This document shows positions 9,468 through 18,318 of a stretch of 31,283 nucleotides of DNA, piece after piece. How positions within the stretch are numbered: the stretch's first letter is position 1; each line of letters starts with the position of its first letter. Position numbers and translations under genes: made by a program. Source of the stretch: Bacteroidota bacterium (GTDB lineage Bacteria; Bacteroidota; Bacteroidia; Flavobacteriales_D; Crocinitomicaceae); contig JAHKAT010000211.1 of assembly GCA_018825925.1 (NCBI GenBank), positions 1-31,283 on the forward strand, in the 5' to 3' direction. The notes under the pieces are model-generated. The model worked only from the letters and a program-made list of their open reading frames with translations. It was not told the DNA's origin and ran no database searches.

Positions 9468-10133
9468 CTAGTTTATTTTAAACTTACAATACTTGATAAT
9501 ACTTCCTTTGGCTGTAAATAGCTTTTCGTAGTGTGTTTTTATATGTAGAATTTCCTTGGTCACTTCGTCCAATTCATCAGTCATATCCTTGTATAAATCC
9601 CACGTTATCAACAAAGGCTCATAATTGTGTAATTTAATTTCATCAACCGTTGATTCAAAAAGTAAATCACTATCTGTTTTAAGATGAACCAAACCACCTT
9701 TTTTCAAAATCTGACGATATCGATTGATAAAAAGAGTTGAGGTCAATCTTTTTCTTGGTTTTTTGGGTTGAGGATCCGAGAAAGTCAACCAAATTTCATC
9801 AATTTCATCTTGACCAAAAGAGTCGAGTATAAAATCAATTTTTGTTCTACAAAAAGCAACATTTTTCAATCCAGTAGCTAAGGCTTCTTTCGCTCCAATG
9901 TACATTCTATTGCCCTTTATATCCACTCCAATGAAGTTTTTATTTGGATATTGTCGCGCCAAGCCAATACTATATTCACCTTTGCCACAACCCAATTCTA
10001 GAACTATGGGATTATCGTTTCCAAAGAACTCTTTCCAATTTCCTTTTTTCTCAAACTCTTGACCCACTTCCGGTTCAAAAAAATTATCAAACGTTTTGAC
10101 AACGGCAAATCTTCTCAACTTGTCCTTTCCCAT
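9468..10133 (-). CDS. trmB: tRNA (guanine-N7)-methyltransferase
   Basis: LELGCGKGEY SAM motif, GVDIK, FSDPQPK, HLKTD, KTHYE. Confidence 0.93.
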   Translation of the reverse strand: MGKDKLRRFAVVKTFDNFFEPEVGQEFEKKGNWKEFFGNDNPIVLELGCGKGEYSIGLARQYPNKNFIGVDIKGNRMYIGAKEALATGLKNVAFCRTKIDFILDSFGQDEIDEIWLTFSDPQPKKPRKRLTSTLFINRYRQILKKGGLVHLKTDSDLLFESTVDEIKLHNYEPLLITWDLYKDMTDELDEVTKEILHIKTHYEKLFTAKGSIIKYCKFKIN

Positions 10134-10151
10134 CTTATTTTAAACTTTACC

Positions 10152-10946
10152 TTAAACTTCTATTTGCACTAAATATCCAGTGTGCTTGCGAATATTCAAC
10201 ACTCGGCCATCTTCGAAAAGAAAATATTGACCTTTAATTCCCTTTAAAACTCCTGCAATTTCTGGAAATTTATCAAAAGATACGCTTGTCACTTTCGTTG
10301 GGTACTGTTGAACTGGAAAATTCAATGACCAAATTGTATCATCTTCTGAGAAAAACTCTGTCAAGTCTGAAGGCAAGCGCTCGTGTAACGACCATTTCTC
10401 CTCCTCTAAATCGATAGTCTCATCCAATACATTGCTAAGCATCTTGCGCCAATTTGTTTTATCGGCAAACTCACTTTTTAAAGCAACCTCCAACTTTCCT
10501 GCTTCATATCGGTTTGGAGTAACCGCCAGTACTATAGCACTTGATGCACCTTGGTCTATCCAACGTGTAGGAATTTGCGTTGTTCTTGTGACTCCAACTT
10601 TTACTATATCACTAGCTGCAAGATACACCACGTGCGGTTGATTATGATGCTCTTCTTCCCACAAAACATCACGACCTTCACCTAAATGTGCCTTGCATAA
10701 TTCTGGCCTAATAATGCATTCTGCAGCTTCGGGGGCTGAAATAAAACAAGTATAACAAAACCCTTCACCAAAAGAGTTTTTAGTAATCTTTCCACATTTA
10801 CTGCAGTTTATTTTACCATCGAAACGCAGGGTGATTTTTTTACCTATCCAATCATTTATAATAATGTACTGGTCATTGTGTTTGAATGAATACAATATTT
10901 CGGCACCAATTTCAGTATGCATTTTATTCAAATTCAATTCGATCAT
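10152..10946 (-). CDS. DUF2797-family protein (Cys-rich N-terminal half)
   Basis: CSKCG...KNSFGEGFCYTCF...CIIRPELCKAHLG, KVGVTR, RWIDQGA, KGIKGQY; ATG 10946 overlaps the gldC stop (ATGA). Confidence 0.75.
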   Translation of the reverse strand: MIELNLNKMHTEIGAEILYSFKHNDQYIIINDWIGKKITLRFDGKINCSKCGKITKNSFGEGFCYTCFISAPEAAECIIRPELCKAHLGEGRDVLWEEEHHNQPHVVYLAASDIVKVGVTRTTQIPTRWIDQGASSAIVLAVTPNRYEAGKLEVALKSEFADKTNWRKMLSNVLDETIDLEEEKWSLHERLPSDLTEFFSEDDTIWSLNFPVQQYPTKVTSVSFDKFPEIAGVLKGIKGQYFLFEDGRVLNIRKHTGYLVQIEV

Positions 10947-11269
10947 TCTGGCAAAATTTCCATTTTTTCTGCGAAATGAAAGCAATAATCTCTTAAATCT
11001 TCACAGATATTGGTTTCTCCTGTTGCTTTTTCGAAGGTATCAGCCATGGTCATCAATGTTTGATGAAAAAACTGTTTCATTTCCTCTATGGACATTTCTT
11101 TTACCCATAAATCCAATTTCATAGTGTTTTTTTCATCACCATCCCAAAAAGACAATAGCATGGCTTTAGCATCCTTTACAGCGCCTTGATCCTCTGCTTT
11201 CCATTTCATTTCAACTGGAAGTTGGTTTTCGTCCAACAATACTTCTATATTAATCTCTGATTTTTTCAT
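10943..11269 (-). CDS. gldC: Gliding motility protein GldC
   Basis: KSEINIEVLLDENQLP, AKAMLLSFWD, LDLWVKEM, FFHQTL motifs; follows gldB; ATG 11269. Confidence 0.92.
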   Translation of the reverse strand: MKKSEINIEVLLDENQLPVEMKWKAEDQGAVKDAKAMLLSFWDGDEKNTMKLDLWVKEMSIEEMKQFFHQTLMTMADTFEKATGETNICEDLRDYCFHFAEKMEILPE

Positions 11270-11270
11270 G

Positions 11271-12281
11271 TTAATCAATTTCAAACTCTTGTAAAATTTT
11301 GGTGTAAGGAGTTTCCATTAAAGTGGCCAAAGATACTTCATTCTTCTCCAAAAACGAATGAACCATTCGCCATCCTAAAAACTGCCCCAAACGATCTGGC
11401 CCTTTTTCTGGCAATCCTACTGTAAAAGGTCCAGGGTTCAAAAAATTCATTTTATCTCTTTCGTCGTTCTTGAAAAGCAAATTCTCATTCTTAAGGTAGT
11501 CCCAGAAAGCAAAAATATGATCGTTTGCCCACTCCAAATCTTCTTTCTTGTAACGCAGTATCGTTTCCTTCAGTAAATCTGGGAAAGCAGCCTCCACTAA
11601 CACTAGTATTTTTCCATAACGAACCATCTGTTCGGCCAAATTACCATCCGTTTCTTCTACAACATGAGTCATTAGCCAAGTCGTGATGATATCTCTGTGT
11701 AAATATTTCACGTCCATACCTTCTTTGATCCATTCAAAAAACACATCTGTTGGCAATTGCTGAACCAGTGGGTGTTTACCACCTAAATATCTTTCCATGC
11801 CGACTACGAGATCCGTTTCAGTTGCAAAAACACTGCTGTTGAACAAGGTATTGGCCCAAACAATCCTTTTCGGCAAAGCAGCTTGAGGTAAATGAAATTT
11901 CAATCGTCTGAAAGCAGAATCAAGCGCACCGTTCATTTCCCTTACTGGATAAAATTTCTTTTTGATTTCTTTTTCCAGTTTTGAAATATATGGATCAGAT
12001 TTAAATCGTTTTAAAGAATTTGCTACCACAGTATCAGAAGGAGAGCTGATGTTCAAACAAGTTCCGAGCACATACCCATATGCATCGCCTAACTCAATTT
12101 GTAATGCGCTATTGATTCTCAATATTTCATTCCAATCAGACGCAATCAAAACACTGTCTAAATTGTATATTTCGAGCTTATGTGTTATATTCGATATATC
12201 GTTTTTAAATGGATCGCTTTTACAGGCATAAAACCCAAGTATCAATAACGAACCTAGGGCAAAAAGAATTAATTTTGTCAT
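11271..12281 (-). CDS. gldB: Gliding motility lipoprotein GldB
   Basis: Lipoprotein signal ending FYAC; MERYLG, GKILVL, PDRLGQFLGWRMVHSF motifs; upstream of gldC; ATG 12281 supported by promoter position. Confidence 0.88.
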   Translation of the reverse strand: MTKLILFALGSLLILGFYACKSDPFKNDISNITHKLEIYNLDSVLIASDWNEILRINSALQIELGDAYGYVLGTCLNISSPSDTVVANSLKRFKSDPYISKLEKEIKKKFYPVREMNGALDSAFRRLKFHLPQAALPKRIVWANTLFNSSVFATETDLVVGMERYLGGKHPLVQQLPTDVFFEWIKEGMDVKYLHRDIITTWLMTHVVEETDGNLAEQMVRYGKILVLVEAAFPDLLKETILRYKKEDLEWANDHIFAFWDYLKNENLLFKNDERDKMNFLNPGPFTVGLPEKGPDRLGQFLGWRMVHSFLEKNEVSLATLMETPYTKILQEFEID

Positions 12282-12299
12282 ACACTTTTGAATTCGGTT

Positions 12300-12307
12300 C
12301 AAAATTA
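12300..12307 (-). promoter_or_regulatory. -7 element (TAATTTTG) of gldB-gldC-DUF2797-trmB promoter
   Basis: Exact TAnnTTTG 18 nt upstream of gldB ATG. Confidence 0.6.
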
Positions 12308-12345
12308 ATTAATCTAAAGGCAATGCCTTTATTAAAAACTATAGA

Positions 12346-13152
12346 ATGAGAAAAATTATCATATTTGCCTTTCTTACGGCTACTAACTTTATATTGGCTC
12401 AAGAAGAAACTGAAAAAAAATTCCAAGCTGGGTTAACCTTTGGAACAGGAGTAAATCTGAATAAAACTGCCACAAAAAAAATGGCGGTAAATGGAGTCGG
12501 TTCAAATTTATCTGTTGGCGTTGGCTTAAACTACTTCATGACCAACTCTATCGGTGCTCATTTCGGTTTGGAGTTAGATTTTGAAAACAACAAAATTCGT
12601 CCAAGTGATGTCACCTCTCCTTCATACTACCAATTCAGCGATACTAAAATTTTAAAAAGTGATGAAGCGGAAGGAGGAACTTACTTTCAATATACGAACA
12701 GAACTCAAAAGCCAATTTATTTAACCATTCCAACTGAATTATATTTTAGAACGAAGTACTTTGGATATTTGAGATTTTTTGGAAAATTTGGTTTAAGATC
12801 GAGCTTTTTATTAGGAAATAAAATATTTGACGAAGGATTTATGTTTGAGAATAACAGTCTAGCAGGCAATAAGATAGCCGCAGAAAACAACACCATGAAA
12901 GCGGCGGGCGACATGAGTTTTTTGCGTGAAACTGTTGGTTTTACCTTAGGTGCAGAATATAACTTTTCTGGTTCAACTAGTGTTTTCGCAGAGCTTGGAT
13001 ATTATTACGGATTTATTCCTGTCTACCGAAGTAACAAAGAAAAAAATCAAACCTTGTTTTATTTCGATCAAACAAACAATGGTCAACGCACCTATTATTC
13101 AAACGACATGACACAAAGCCAACTACACATAAAAATAGGACTACTTTTTTAA
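12346..13152 (+). CDS. Outer-membrane beta-barrel protein (porin/PorT-like family, unassigned)
   Basis: Signal peptide, alternating beta-strand patterns (LSVGVGLNYF, GFTLGAEYNF, VFAELGYYYG), C-terminal Phe. Confidence 0.65.
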   Translation: MRKIIIFAFLTATNFILAQEETEKKFQAGLTFGTGVNLNKTATKKMAVNGVGSNLSVGVGLNYFMTNSIGAHFGLELDFENNKIRPSDVTSPSYYQFSDTKILKSDEAEGGTYFQYTNRTQKPIYLTIPTELYFRTKYFGYLRFFGKFGLRSSFLLGNKIFDEGFMFENNSLAGNKIAAENNTMKAAGDMSFLRETVGFTLGAEYNFSGSTSVFAELGYYYGFIPVYRSNKEKNQTLFYFDQTNNGQRTYYSNDMTQSQLHIKIGLLF

Positions 13153-13928
13153 TGAATAAAGCCAAAGAAGTTGCGCTTCATATAGTAGATTGGCTAAGGA
13201 ATTATGCCGAAAGCGCGAAGGTGAATGGATATATAATCGGAATTTCTGGAGGTATCGATTCTGCCTTAACATCTACGCTTTGTGCACTCACAGGAAAAAA
13301 AGTGATTGTATTGAGCATGCCTATTCGCCAAGGAGATCTTGAATATACACGAGCCAAAAATCATATCGATCATCTTTTGTCAAAATTTGAAAACGTTCAA
13401 GCTTTAACGATTGATTTAACACCATCTTTTGAGCAAATAGAAAAGGATTTACCTGTGAGTACCTCAGGTCATTTTCTTTCTATGGCAAATACTCGATCTC
13501 GCTTGCGCATGTTGACTTTATATGCTGTCGGACAATCAAATGGTTTATTGGTTGCTGGAACAGGTAATAAAGTAGAAGATTTTGGAATTGGATTTTACAC
13601 GAAATACGGTGACGGGGGTGTAGATGTTAGTCCAATTGCAGACCTAATGAAAACAGAAGTTTGGGAATTAGCAGCAGAAGTGGGTGTTTTAAAAGATATA
13701 ATTGAAGCCAAACCAACTGATGGCCTTTTTGACGATGGACGAAGTGATGAGGATCAAATTGGTGCGTCGTATCCAGAACTAGAATGGGCCATGGAATACC
13801 AAGGAGATTCAACAGGTTTATCGCCTCGCCAAAAAGAAGTGCTTGATATTTACAAAAAACTAAACACATCTAACAAGCATAAAATGAACCCAATACCCGT
13901 ATGTATTATTCCTAAAAACCTGAGATAA
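13152..13928 (+). CDS. nadE: NH3-dependent NAD+ synthetase
   Basis: GISGGIDSA, ANTRSRLRM, GTGNKVE, FYTKYGDGG, PIADLMKTEV, DEDQIG; no glutaminase domain. Confidence 0.95.
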   Translation: MNKAKEVALHIVDWLRNYAESAKVNGYIIGISGGIDSALTSTLCALTGKKVIVLSMPIRQGDLEYTRAKNHIDHLLSKFENVQALTIDLTPSFEQIEKDLPVSTSGHFLSMANTRSRLRMLTLYAVGQSNGLLVAGTGNKVEDFGIGFYTKYGDGGVDVSPIADLMKTEVWELAAEVGVLKDIIEAKPTDGLFDDGRSDEDQIGASYPELEWAMEYQGDSTGLSPRQKEVLDIYKKLNTSNKHKMNPIPVCIIPKNLR

Positions 13929-13937
13929 AAGAGATTT

Positions 13938-16121
13938 ATGAAAATATTTAGTTTTATTATTATTCTTTTTGTTGCTCTAAATTCACTGGCGCAAAAAAAT
14001 TTCGATTCCTACACTACCATTCAAGCGGAAGGTAAAATCCCAAATGACTTCACTATTCTTAGTTCTTCGAAAGTAAAAACCGGCATGGAAGAACAAAACA
14101 CGACGCTTAGTTCACGAGAGCGAAAGGTTTTTTTAGAAGGTATACATTATGGCATTGACGAACTGCTTCAGAGCGGTTTAGTTATTTATGGTGATGAAAT
14201 TTCAAAGTACATCAATGATGTTGCCGACAAATTACTTGCAAAGGAGAAGAAATTAAGAGATCAACTTCGTTTTTACACGATAAAATCCAATGCCACCAAT
14301 GCTTTTTCGACAGACCAGGGAATTATTTTTGTAACCACAGGATTGGTGTCACAATTGGTAAATGAGGCCCAACTGGCATTTATTTTGGCACACGAAATTG
14401 CGCATTTCACAGAAAAACACGTTATTGAAACCTTTGAATACAAGAGTAGAAACAAGGGTATCAATTATCAAATTACCCAGCTGGCCACCTATTCGAAAGA
14501 TAAAGAGTTTGAAGCAGATATTCTAGGTATTGAATTTTATCAAAAAGCCGGATATACAAAAAAAGACATTCTTCGTGTATTTGATGTGATGATGTATTCC
14601 TATTTACCAATTGACGAAGTACCGATTGGAAGAAGCTATTTTCAAAGTGAATTGTGCTATTTACCATCCAATTTATTCCCCACAGATAAATTCGAAATTA
14701 AAGCAGCAGAGGATTACGATGACTCGCGAAGTTCACATCCGAATATTAAATCGAGAAAAGAGAAAGCATTATTAAAAATTGAATCACTAAAAGATTGGGG
14801 CAGCAACTCTGCTTATTTGGCAGAAGGTCGCTTTGAATATGTTAGAAATATTTCTCGATTTGAAGGAGTGCGTTTAGATTTAATTAACCAAAACTTTTTA
14901 GCTGCGCTATATACCATTTTCATTCTTGAAAAGGAATTTCCAAAATCCAACTACTTGAATAGAATGAAATCACAAGCATGGCTGAATATTGCATCCTATA
15001 AAAAAGAAGGAAAACTAGATCAAATCATTCCTAAGAAATCCGATTGGGAAGGTGAAATTTCTTCACTGTATTACTTTATTCGAAATATGCGAAATAAAGA
15101 GTTGGAGATTATGGCTATGAGAACCATTGAAGACTGTCGTTTAAAAGACCCTGAAAATGAGGAGCTCAATTTGATTTGGAAAAAAATGATCAATAGTCTT
15201 TACACCTCTGAAGGATTTAAAAAAGAAGATTTAAAAAGTCAAACCTTTCAGCAAGCAACAGATTCGTTGAGCCTTATACTTTCTGAAAACAAGGTGGACT
15301 CTGTTGTAACTTTACCGAGTGAAGAGCTTAGTAAATACGATAAGATTAAAAAGAAAGTGAATACCATTGAAAATGGGTCTATCGATAGCACCAAATTTTA
15401 CTTGTATAACTTATCTGACCTCGTTTCAAACGAATTATTCAATCGAGAGTGGGAATTGTTGGACCAAGCTAATCTGCGTAATGAAAAATTGAAGGATAGT
15501 ATCAATGATCTTTCGAATCGAGCATACAAAAGATACATTAAAAACAAAAATGAGCAAACGGATTTATCCAAGTACATTTTGGTAGATCCATCGGCTGTGA
15601 GTTACACCAAACGCTCTGTTAACTATGAAAAATCTGAAGCTCTCAAAATTAAATACAACGAAGCTTTTAAGAATGCAAGTGATTTACTGGGGCTTGAGTT
15701 GATCTCTATTGATCGATTCAATTTAGCAGCACAAGGAACAGAAAGCTTTAATGACCGTGGGATATTAACTTCCTTACTCATACAAATCACAAATTCTCCA
15801 AAAGAAAAAATGCTGGTTGACTATGACATCATCCAAAATTTAACCAAGAAATACGGCACCTCTAAATTGGTCTTTACCATCGTTGAACACTTGTATTATC
15901 CTGAATTTTCTGGCAATATTTTTTACTCCATTTTATTCCCTCCCTTGTTCCCATATTTCTTCGCAGCTCCATTTATAAAAGGAAATAACACTGAAATAAA
16001 CGTTTTAGTTTTGGATACAAAAAAAGGTGAAATTACCGCTGTTGGACAATACTTTTTTGAAGAACCTTCTACCAAATTGGTTTTGCAAGCTCATTTATAT
16101 GACATTTTGAAAAACCTTTAA
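13938..16121 (+). CDS. Exported M48-family zinc metallopeptidase with large uncharacterised C-terminal region
   Basis: Signal peptide; NAFSTDQG.IFVTTGL, LAFILAHEIAH (HExxH), EFEAD and SHP motifs. Confidence 0.8.
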   Translation: MKIFSFIIILFVALNSLAQKNFDSYTTIQAEGKIPNDFTILSSSKVKTGMEEQNTTLSSRERKVFLEGIHYGIDELLQSGLVIYGDEISKYINDVADKLLAKEKKLRDQLRFYTIKSNATNAFSTDQGIIFVTTGLVSQLVNEAQLAFILAHEIAHFTEKHVIETFEYKSRNKGINYQITQLATYSKDKEFEADILGIEFYQKAGYTKKDILRVFDVMMYSYLPIDEVPIGRSYFQSELCYLPSNLFPTDKFEIKAAEDYDDSRSSHPNIKSRKEKALLKIESLKDWGSNSAYLAEGRFEYVRNISRFEGVRLDLINQNFLAALYTIFILEKEFPKSNYLNRMKSQAWLNIASYKKEGKLDQIIPKKSDWEGEISSLYYFIRNMRNKELEIMAMRTIEDCRLKDPENEELNLIWKKMINSLYTSEGFKKEDLKSQTFQQATDSLSLILSENKVDSVVTLPSEELSKYDKIKKKVNTIENGSIDSTKFYLYNLSDLVSNELFNREWELLDQANLRNEKLKDSINDLSNRAYKRYIKNKNEQTDLSKYILVDPSAVSYTKRSVNYEKSEALKIKYNEAFKNASDLLGLELISIDRFNLAAQGTESFNDRGILTSLLIQITNSPKEKMLVDYDIIQNLTKKYGTSKLVFTIVEHLYYPEFSGNIFYSILFPPLFPYFFAAPFIKGNNTEINVLVLDTKKGEITAVGQYFFEEPSTKLVLQAHLYDILKNL

Positions 16122-16131
16122 AACCTATCCT

Positions 16132-16998
16132 ATGAATCGTATTTTATCATTGTTTATAATTTTCATTTTTTGCACTTCGCTATCAATCAGTCAAACTTCG
16201 GGATATTTAGGAAAACGAAACTTGATTGGCTTCAATCTGATTGGAAGTATTCCCTTAACCTATAATTTGTTCGTTCTTAATAGTAGCACAGCATACGGTC
16301 AATATAAAGTCGAAAATGGAAAATTTGAGGAAGCTTCTAATTTGTTTTCAAGTGGGTTCTCATTTTCAGCGAGTAGAGTTTTAAAAAATAGATTTGCCCT
16401 TGGACTGGAATTCCGATCTGTAAATTACAAAACACTAATGCCTTATTCTATAAATATTCGCAAACAAAATAGCCAGTTTGCATTTTCAGGAGAGCTATTA
16501 AGAGCGCCTTATTTAAAAGTGAACGATATCACTTTTTCACCATACGTTGAATGGACGAAAGAAGGAGGGTTATTGCCTATAGGACTTGTACATCAATTGG
16601 GTATTAATATACATTCGCTTTCCCTTGAAAATCCAAAATCAGACTTCTTAATGAGATATCAATATTTTGATGAAAACTCAAATTATACAATGGAACAAAG
16701 CAATGAAACTCCTCTTGATATTGATCAAATTAATCTTTTAGCATTTGGTGTAAATTATAAATTACAGTTACGCGTTCCTATCAATGAATACTTACTTTTT
16801 CACGTAGGTGTCAGATATCAAATGAACATATTTATGTCTCAAAATTATACCGGATTTGACTGGCTTTATACCACAAACGGAACGTATGAAGGAAAGGATG
16901 TTACCTTTTTCTCGAGTGATGAAATAATGTTTAATATACGCAGAAGTTACCGACTCAACATCGCTCAAATCGAATCCGGAATATCGTTCGCTTTTTAG
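16132..16998 (+). CDS. Hypothetical exported protein, probable outer-membrane beta-barrel
   Basis: Signal peptide, aromatic alternating strands, C-terminal ISFAF. Confidence 0.6.
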   Translation: MNRILSLFIIFIFCTSLSISQTSGYLGKRNLIGFNLIGSIPLTYNLFVLNSSTAYGQYKVENGKFEEASNLFSSGFSFSASRVLKNRFALGLEFRSVNYKTLMPYSINIRKQNSQFAFSGELLRAPYLKVNDITFSPYVEWTKEGGLLPIGLVHQLGINIHSLSLENPKSDFLMRYQYFDENSNYTMEQSNETPLDIDQINLLAFGVNYKLQLRVPINEYLLFHVGVRYQMNIFMSQNYTGFDWLYTTNGTYEGKDVTFFSSDEIMFNIRRSYRLNIAQIESGISFAF

Positions 16999-17318
16999 TC
17001 TACTTCAGGCGCCAAACGTAAAACGATACCGTCTATTTCATCCGAAATTTGAATTTGGCAACCCAAACGACTGTTGTTTTTAACATGAAAAGCTTGGTCT
17101 AACATATCAAGTTCCATATCACTTTGCTCAGCAAGTACATGGTCCGACTCCAAATAACATTGACAAGTAGCGCACATCGCCATACCGCCGCACTCACCTT
17201 TTACTGGTAAATCGTAGGATTTACATACTTCCATGATATTCATACTCATATCTGTAGGTGCAACTAGCTCGTGTGCTACATTTTCACGATCGATAATTGT
17301 TACTGTAATTTCACTCAT
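16995..17318 (-). CDS. fdx: [2Fe-2S] ferredoxin (adrenodoxin/Fdx type)
   Basis: C-x5-C-x2-C (CGGMAMCATC), E.DMLD and SRLGCQ. Confidence 0.92.
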   Translation of the reverse strand: MSEITVTIIDRENVAHELVAPTDMSMNIMEVCKSYDLPVKGECGGMAMCATCQCYLESDHVLAEQSDMELDMLDQAFHVKNNSRLGCQIQISDEIDGIVLRLAPEVD

Positions 17319-17376
17319 GTCTAAAAATTCTCCAAATGTTAAAATATACGGCTTATCGACCGTTTTAGTTGAGTTG

Positions 17377-17384
17377 CAAAATTA
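17377..17384 (-). promoter_or_regulatory. -7 element (TAATTTTG) of ferredoxin promoter
   Basis: Exact TAnnTTTG+C in the intergenic gap. Confidence 0.55.
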
Positions 17385-17421
17385 GAAAAGAAAAGGGTAA
17401 AAAGAATTGAAAATTTAGGTC

Positions 17422-17847
17422 TTAATTAAAAATACGCAGTAAATTACTTCCGTTCCAAGCCGTTTGAAAAAGGCGCAAGCCAAATTCACTATTTGAAATT
17501 GGCGAACCATCGTATAAAGAAAAAGTAGCCTCGTTACACGAATCTCGCAGTACTAAAAAATTTTCCTTTGTGGGGTACAAAGGCTGATCACATTCGCCCT
17601 TGGGATCAGAAGGTGAATGTCTATCAAAAGCAATAAAATCATTCTCCGCTCGACGATAAACAATTAAACCTCGCGAACCACCATTCACATAGGTCCAACC
17701 TCCTACCCCTGTCAAAGCATTGTATGATGGTAGATTAATATCGATAGTAACATCGGTTGCAACCGAAGGAACTGGGTGATTTTTATTCTTTCGACACGCC
17801 GTTGAAATGATTATAAAAAGCGAAAACAAAATAATTAGTACCTTCAT
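17422..17847 (-). CDS. Lipoprotein of Bacteroidota Rieske-like family, degenerate cluster ligands
   Basis: Lipobox STAC; GGSRGLIVYR, FIAFDRHSP, FSLYDG.P, LRLF pattern; ATG 17847 supported by promoter. Confidence 0.65.
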   Translation of the reverse strand: MKVLIILFSLFIIISTACRKNKNHPVPSVATDVTIDINLPSYNALTGVGGWTYVNGGSRGLIVYRRAENDFIAFDRHSPSDPKGECDQPLYPTKENFLVLRDSCNEATFSLYDGSPISNSEFGLRLFQTAWNGSNLLRIFN

Positions 17848-17865
17848 GTCGTTATAAAGTAAAGA

Positions 17866-17873
17866 CAAATATA
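17866..17873 (-). promoter_or_regulatory. -7 element (TATATTTG) for the Rieske-like gene
   Basis: Exact TAnnTTTG 18 nt upstream of ATG 17847, abutting the start of the divergent gene. Confidence 0.6.
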
Positions 17874-17875
17874 GA

Positions 17876-18142
17876 ATGAAAACGCTTCAAATACTGGCTT
17901 TATTGTTGACCTTTTGTACAATGCAGAGTTTTTCTTCATTGGCACAAGGCAAAAAGAATGCAACATCGGTAGAAGCAGCTCAAAAAGAGTTAGCTAAAAA
18001 AAACAAGAAAAAACGAAAGTTGAGCATAAAAGCAAAAAAGGAATCCAAAAAGAACTTTGCTAAAATGCAAACTAAAGAGTTTCGGAAATCACTGAAACGG
18101 AATAAACGCAATCAAAAGAGAAGAGCGAAGGGCTTGCAATAA
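17876..18142 (+). CDS. Small exported, extremely Lys/Arg-rich hypothetical protein
   Basis: Hydrophobic signal peptide ending SLA-Q; mature 65 aa has 21 K + 6 R versus 4 E. Confidence 0.7.
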   Translation: MKTLQILALLLTFCTMQSFSSLAQGKKNATSVEAAQKELAKKNKKKRKLSIKAKKESKKNFAKMQTKEFRKSLKRNKRNQKRRAKGLQ

Positions 18143-18287
18143 ACTTTTAGTCGACTGAACGAGCTTTAGAATTTGATTAGGTGTTTGTTGCGCAACTTTG
18201 TTGTTTGGTCGGAGACTATTTTGGGCTGTTTTTTTCTGGGGTTATGTTTTTAGCCAAAATCACTAATCTACTGAAAATCAATTATAA

Positions 18288-18318
18288 TAGTCGTTGACTA
18301 ACGGTTAATCAACGACTA
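18288..18318. repeat. 31-bp near-perfect inverted repeat without U-tract
   Basis: TAGTCGTTGA-C-TAA-CGG-TTA-A-TCAACGACTA. Confidence 0.8.
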
